Below the pieces are notes generated by a model. It was given only the letters and a program-made list of their open reading frames with translations, did no database searches and was not told the DNA's origin. From the NCBI RefSeq assembly GCF_009914755.1, contig NC_060927.1: DNA of 64,000 nucleotides. The stretch is one strand, 5' to 3'. Source of the stretch: the human T2T-CHM13v2.0 reference genome, Homo sapiens. This document shows, piece by piece, positions 59,445 through 64,000 of the stretch. Each line of letters begins with the position of its first letter. Within the stretch, counting starts at the first letter, position 1. A program made the position numbers and the translations under genes.

Positions 59445-61707
59445 TGATATGGTTTAGCTGTGTTCACACCCAAATCTCAATTAAACTGTATCTCCTAGAA
59501 TTCCTAGGTGTTGTGGGAGGGACCCAGGGGGAGGTAATTGAATCATGGGGGCTGGTCTTTCCCATGCTATTCTCATTATAGTGAATAAGTCTCATGAGAT
59601 CTGATGGGTTTATCAGGGGTTTCTGCTTTTGCTTCTTCCTCATTTTCTCTTGCTGCTGCCATGTAAGAAGTGCCTTTTGCCTTCCGCCATGATTCCAAGG
59701 TCTCCCTAGTCATGTGGAAATGTAAGTCCAATTAAACCTCTTTTGCTTCCCAGTCTCGGGCATATCTTTATCAGCAGCATGAAAACAGACTAATATAGTA
59801 AATTGGTACCAGTAGAGTGGGGTGTTGCTGAAAAGATACCCGAAAATGTGGAAGTGACTTTGGAACTGGGAAACAGGCAGAGGTTGGAACAGTTTGGAGG
59901 GTTCAGAAGAAGACAGGAAAATTTGGGAAAGTTTGGAACTTCCTAAAGACTTGTTGAATGGCTTTGTCCAAAATGCTGATAGTGATATGGACAATAAGGT
60001 CCAGGCTGAGATGGTCTCAGATGGAGATGAGGAACTTGTTGAGAACCGGAGTGAAGGTGACTCTTGTTATGTTTTAGCAAAGAGAGTGGCAGCATTTTGC
60101 CTCTGCCCTAGAGATTTGTGGAACTTTGAACTTAAGAAAGATGATTTAGGGTATCTGACAGAAAAAATTTCTAAGCTGCAAACATTCAAGAGGTGACTTC
60201 ATCACTGTTAAAGACATTCAGTTTTATAAGGGAAGCAGAGCATAAAAGTTTGGAAAACTTGCAGCCTGACTATGTGATAGAAAAGGAAAACCCATTTTCT
60301 GGGAAGAAATTCAAGTTGGCTGCAGGAATTTTCATAAGTAGCAAGGAGCCTAATGATAATCCCCAAGACCATGGGGAAAGTATCTCCAGGCCATTTCAGA
60401 GACCTTCACAGCAGCCCCTCCCATCACAGGCCTGGAGGCCTGTGGTTTCGTGGGCTGGGCCCAGGGTCCCTGTGCTGTGTGCAGCCTAGGGACTTGGTGC
60501 CCTGTGTTCCAGCCATGGCTGAAAGGGGCCAATGTACAGCTCAGGCTATGGCTTCAGAGGGTGGAAGCCCGAAGCCTTGGCAGCTTCCACGTGTTGTTGA
60601 GCCTGTGAATGCACTGAAGTCAAGAATTGAGGTTTGGGAACCTCCACCTAGATTTCAGAAGATGTATGGAAACACCTGGATGCCCAGGAAAATGTTTGCT
60701 GCAGGGGTGGGGTCCTCATGGAGAACTTCTGCCAGAGCAGTGTGGAAGGGAAATGTGGAGTCAGAGCCCCCATACAGAGTCCCTACTGGGGCACTGCCTA
60801 GTGGAGCTGTGAGAAGAGGGCCACCATCCTCCAGACCCCAGAATGGTAGATCCACCGACAGCTTGCACCGTGCTCCTAGAAAAGCCGCAGACACTCAACG
60901 TCAGCCCATGAAAGCAGCAAGGAGGGAGGCTGTACCCTGCAAAGCCACAGGGGTGGAGCTGCCTAAGACCATGGGCACCCAATCTTGCATCAGCATGACC
61001 TGGATGTGAGACCTGGAGTCAAAGGAGATCATTCTGGAGCTTTAAAAATTGACTGCCCTACTGAATTTTTGGACTTGTATGGGCCTCGTAACCCCTTTGT
61101 TTTGGCCAATTTCTTCCATTTGGAATGGCCACATTTACCCAATACCTGTACCTCCATTGTATCTAGGAAGTAACTAGTTTGCTATTGATTTACAGGCTCA
61201 TAGGCGGAAGGGACTTGCCTTTCTCTCAGGTGAAACTTTGAACTGTGGACTTTTGGGTTAATGCTGAAATGGCTTAAGACTTTGGGGGACTGTTGGGAGG
61301 GCATGATTGGTTTTGAAATGTTAGGAGATGATATTTGGAGGGCCCAGGAGCAGAATAATATGGTTTGACTGTGTCCCCACCCAAATTTCAACTTGACTTC
61401 TATCTTCCAGAATTCCCATGTGTTGTGGGATGGACCCAAGTGGAGGTAATTGAATCATAGGGGCCAGTCTTCCCGGAGCTATTCTCATGATAATGAATAA
61501 GTCTCACAAGGTCTGATGGGTTTATCAGGGGTTTCTGCTTTTGCTTCTTCCTCATTTTCTGTTGCTGCCACCATGTAAGAAGTGCCTTTCACTTCCCGCC
61601 ATGTTTCTGAGGCCTCCCCAGCCATGTGGAACTGTAAGTCCAATTAAACCTCTTTTTTATCCCAGTCTTGGGGATGTCTTTCAGCAGCATCAAAACAGAC
61701 TAATATA
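59445..61707 (+). mobile_element. Full-length THE1A-like MaLR (LTR 59445-59797, internal region, LTR 61356-61707)
   Basis: Two ~350-bp similar LTRs; THE1-int starts GTAAATTGGTACCAGTAGAGTGGGG; TSD TATAG/CATAG. Confidence 0.93.
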
Positions 61708-62658
61708 CATAGTTTCTGAAACTTGTCTGATACTCTAGATAAAGATCATCTTTATGTTGATTTAAAAATTTTTTAACTTTGTTTAATCCCCATAATCATA
61801 TATTGACCTTTTTTGCTGAATTTTGCTCATTGAGAATGTATTGAAATGTCTACTTTTTTCATATATATCCTATTCTTAGCTGAAACTCTAGAATCCTCCT
61901 TTTTTGATTATATATGCATAATTATCCTTAAATGTAAGCAGTGCTTACAATTCTGTTCTGTACCATTACTATATTACCCAAGTTTACAACTTAACTAGAC
62001 CATGGCTTATAAGTCATCTAAAAATAAATAAAGCAAATTATAGAAGTATTTTAGCCTTAAATAATGAAGACATAAGTTTGTTTCAAGTGATTAAATAGTG
62101 AGAATTGTGTAAAGCCATTTCACTAGCGTCAAAAAACTCCTTTTGCTCTGTCCCCAACATAAAATTTGTGTGTAATATACTTGAAATTTTTAGAGCCTCT
62201 GAAATGTTATCCAACTTATTTTCTTTAAGGATAAAATTATTTGTTTGAGAAACCCAGTTTCAAGAAAATGGCATTTTATCCTTACTTTGTGAAGCTTCCC
62301 TACTCCTCTTCTTTCATCTAACTGGTGCTGCTAAAGCCTGATACACCTAGTCAAAGAAGCATTGTTCCAAAGGTCCTGACCTGGAATAAGAAAACAAAAA
62401 CTGGCTTCATAGCTAGGATGACAACTGTAGCTCCATTATCACTGAATTGCTAACTTTGTTCTTATTCTCTCAAACTGTGGTTTTGCCAATGTGATACTCA
62501 ATTACCTAAGAGGGGAGAAGTATGATTTCTTTATGATTTTAATACTCTTTCCTCTCATATTTTAAAATAGCTGGTTTTAGGCCAATAAGTGTCTACTCAA
62601 AGAAATTCAAATCCTTATATAATTTAAGAATGCTGGAGGAGGTTTAAATATTCATGTA

Positions 62659-63151
62659 CGGTCATACTTCCATTTTATTCCACTTCACTTATATATACAT
62701 AGCACTTAACAGGTAATTGTGTTTTTTATAAATTGAAGGTTTCTGGCAACCTTGCATTGAGGAAGTTCATTGGCACTATTTTTCCAAAATCATGTATTCA
62801 CTTCATGTCTCTGTGTCACATTTTAGTAATTCTTGCAATGTTTCAAACTTTCCCATTATTATTATATCTGTTATGATGACCTGTGGTAATTTTTGATGTT
62901 ACTATTGTAATTGTTGTGGGGTGCCCTGAATCATGCCCGCATTAGACAGAAAACTTAATGGATAAATGTGTGTGCTGACTTCTCCACTGACCAGTGATTT
63001 CCCCAGCTCTCTTCTCCTTGGGCCTTCCTATTTCTTGGGACACAATAGTACTGAAAGTAGTCCAATAATAACCCTACAATGGCCTGTAAATGTTCCAGTG
63101 AAAGAAAGAGTCATACATTCCTCTCTTTAAATCAAAAAATAGAAATGATTG
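62659..63151 (+). mobile_element. Tigger1 5' end including the transposase start, interrupted by SVA
   Basis: AAATTGAAGGTTTCTGGCAACC...; ATG 63079 encodes MACKCSSERKSHTFLSLNQKIEMI (Tigger1 transposase N-terminus). Confidence 0.88.
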
Positions 63152-64000
63152 TCCCTCTCCCTCTCCCTCTCCCTCTCCCTCACGGTCTCCCTCTGATGCC
63201 GAGCCAAAGCTGGATGGTACTGCTGCCATCTCGGCTCACTGCAACCTCCCTGCCTGATTCTCCTGCCTCAGCCTGCCGAGTGCCGCCACGCCTGACTGGT
63301 TTTCGTTTTTTTTTGGTGGAGACGGGGTTTCGCTGTGTTGGCCGGGCTGGTCTCCAGCTCCTAACCGCGAGTGATCCGCCAGCCTCGGCCTCCCGAGGTG
63401 CCGGGATTGCAGACGGAGTCTCGTTCACTCAGTGCTCAATGGTGCCCAGGCTGGAGTGCAGTGGCGTGATCTTGGCTCGCTACAACCTCCACCTCCCAGC
63501 CGCCTGCCTTGGCCTCCCAAAGAGCCGAGATTGCAGCCTCTGCCCGGCCGCCACCCCGTCTGGGAAGTGAGGAGCGTCTCTGCTTGGCCACCCATCGTCT
63601 GGGATATGAGGAGCCCCTCTGCCTGGCTGCCCAGTCTGGAAAGTGAGGAGCGTCTCTGCCCGGCCGCCATCCCATCTAGGAAGCGAGGAGCGCCTCTTCC
63701 CCGCCGCCATCACATCTAGGAAGTGAGGAGCGTCTCTGCCCGGCCGCCCATCGTCTGAGATGTGGGGAGCACCTCTGCCCTGCCGCCCTGTCTGGGATGT
63801 GAGGAGCGTCTCTGCCCGGCCGCTCCGTCTGAGAAGTGAGGAAACCCTCTGCCTGGCAACCGCCCCGTCTGAGAAGTGAGGAGCCCCTCCGTCCGGCAAC
63901 CACCCCGTCTGGGAAGTGAGGAGCGTCTCCGCCCGGCAGCCACCCCGTCCCGGAGGGAGGTGGGGGGGGTCAGCCCCCCGCCCGGCCAGCCGCCCCGGCC
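63152..64000 (+). mobile_element. SVA (SVA_D/E-like) 5' part, continuing beyond the window
   Basis: (CCCTCT)n hexamers, antisense Alu-like domain, GC-rich VNTR (GAGGAGCGTCTCTGCCCGGCCGCC). Confidence 0.96.

Noticed and set aside
59894-61173. 100-218-aa ORFs inside THE1
   Set aside because: Broken remnants of the known THE1/MaLR internal ORF.

Overview
Primate, almost certainly human, genomic DNA that is mostly transposable elements. Two landmarks point to human 3q22.1, upstream of and inside ATP2C1; this placement is from recall, not a search. (1) A processed GSTO1 retrocopy (GSTO3P, 23453-24277) whose frame is open for 235 codons with the CPFA active site. (2) A 108-nt alternative first coding exon of ATP2C1/SPCA1 (46667-46774, MDSLLPPSRF...RAEEQ|gt), too short for the ORF track; everything to its right would be intron of that long isoform. 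The window also holds a full-length but inactivated L1PA4-like element, a tailless 7SK retropseudogene, solo LTRs (LTR12, LTR10 inside MER4, MLT1/MLT2), a full-length THE1A, an internal L1PA 5' fragment, MER85/MER58A/MER5A/Tigger1/Arthur DNA elements, about 14 Alu-family copies and an SVA running off the right edge. I see no convincing new multi-gene system. The best leads are the near-intact GSTO retrocopy, the basic presequence-like ATP2C1 N-terminus with an overlapping uORF, a recent 127-bp local duplication, and TE-borne regulatory motifs (AP-1, NF-Y, DUX4, CSB-PGBD3). Repeat subfamily names come from recalled consensus sequences and need RepeatMasker/Dfam confirmation.
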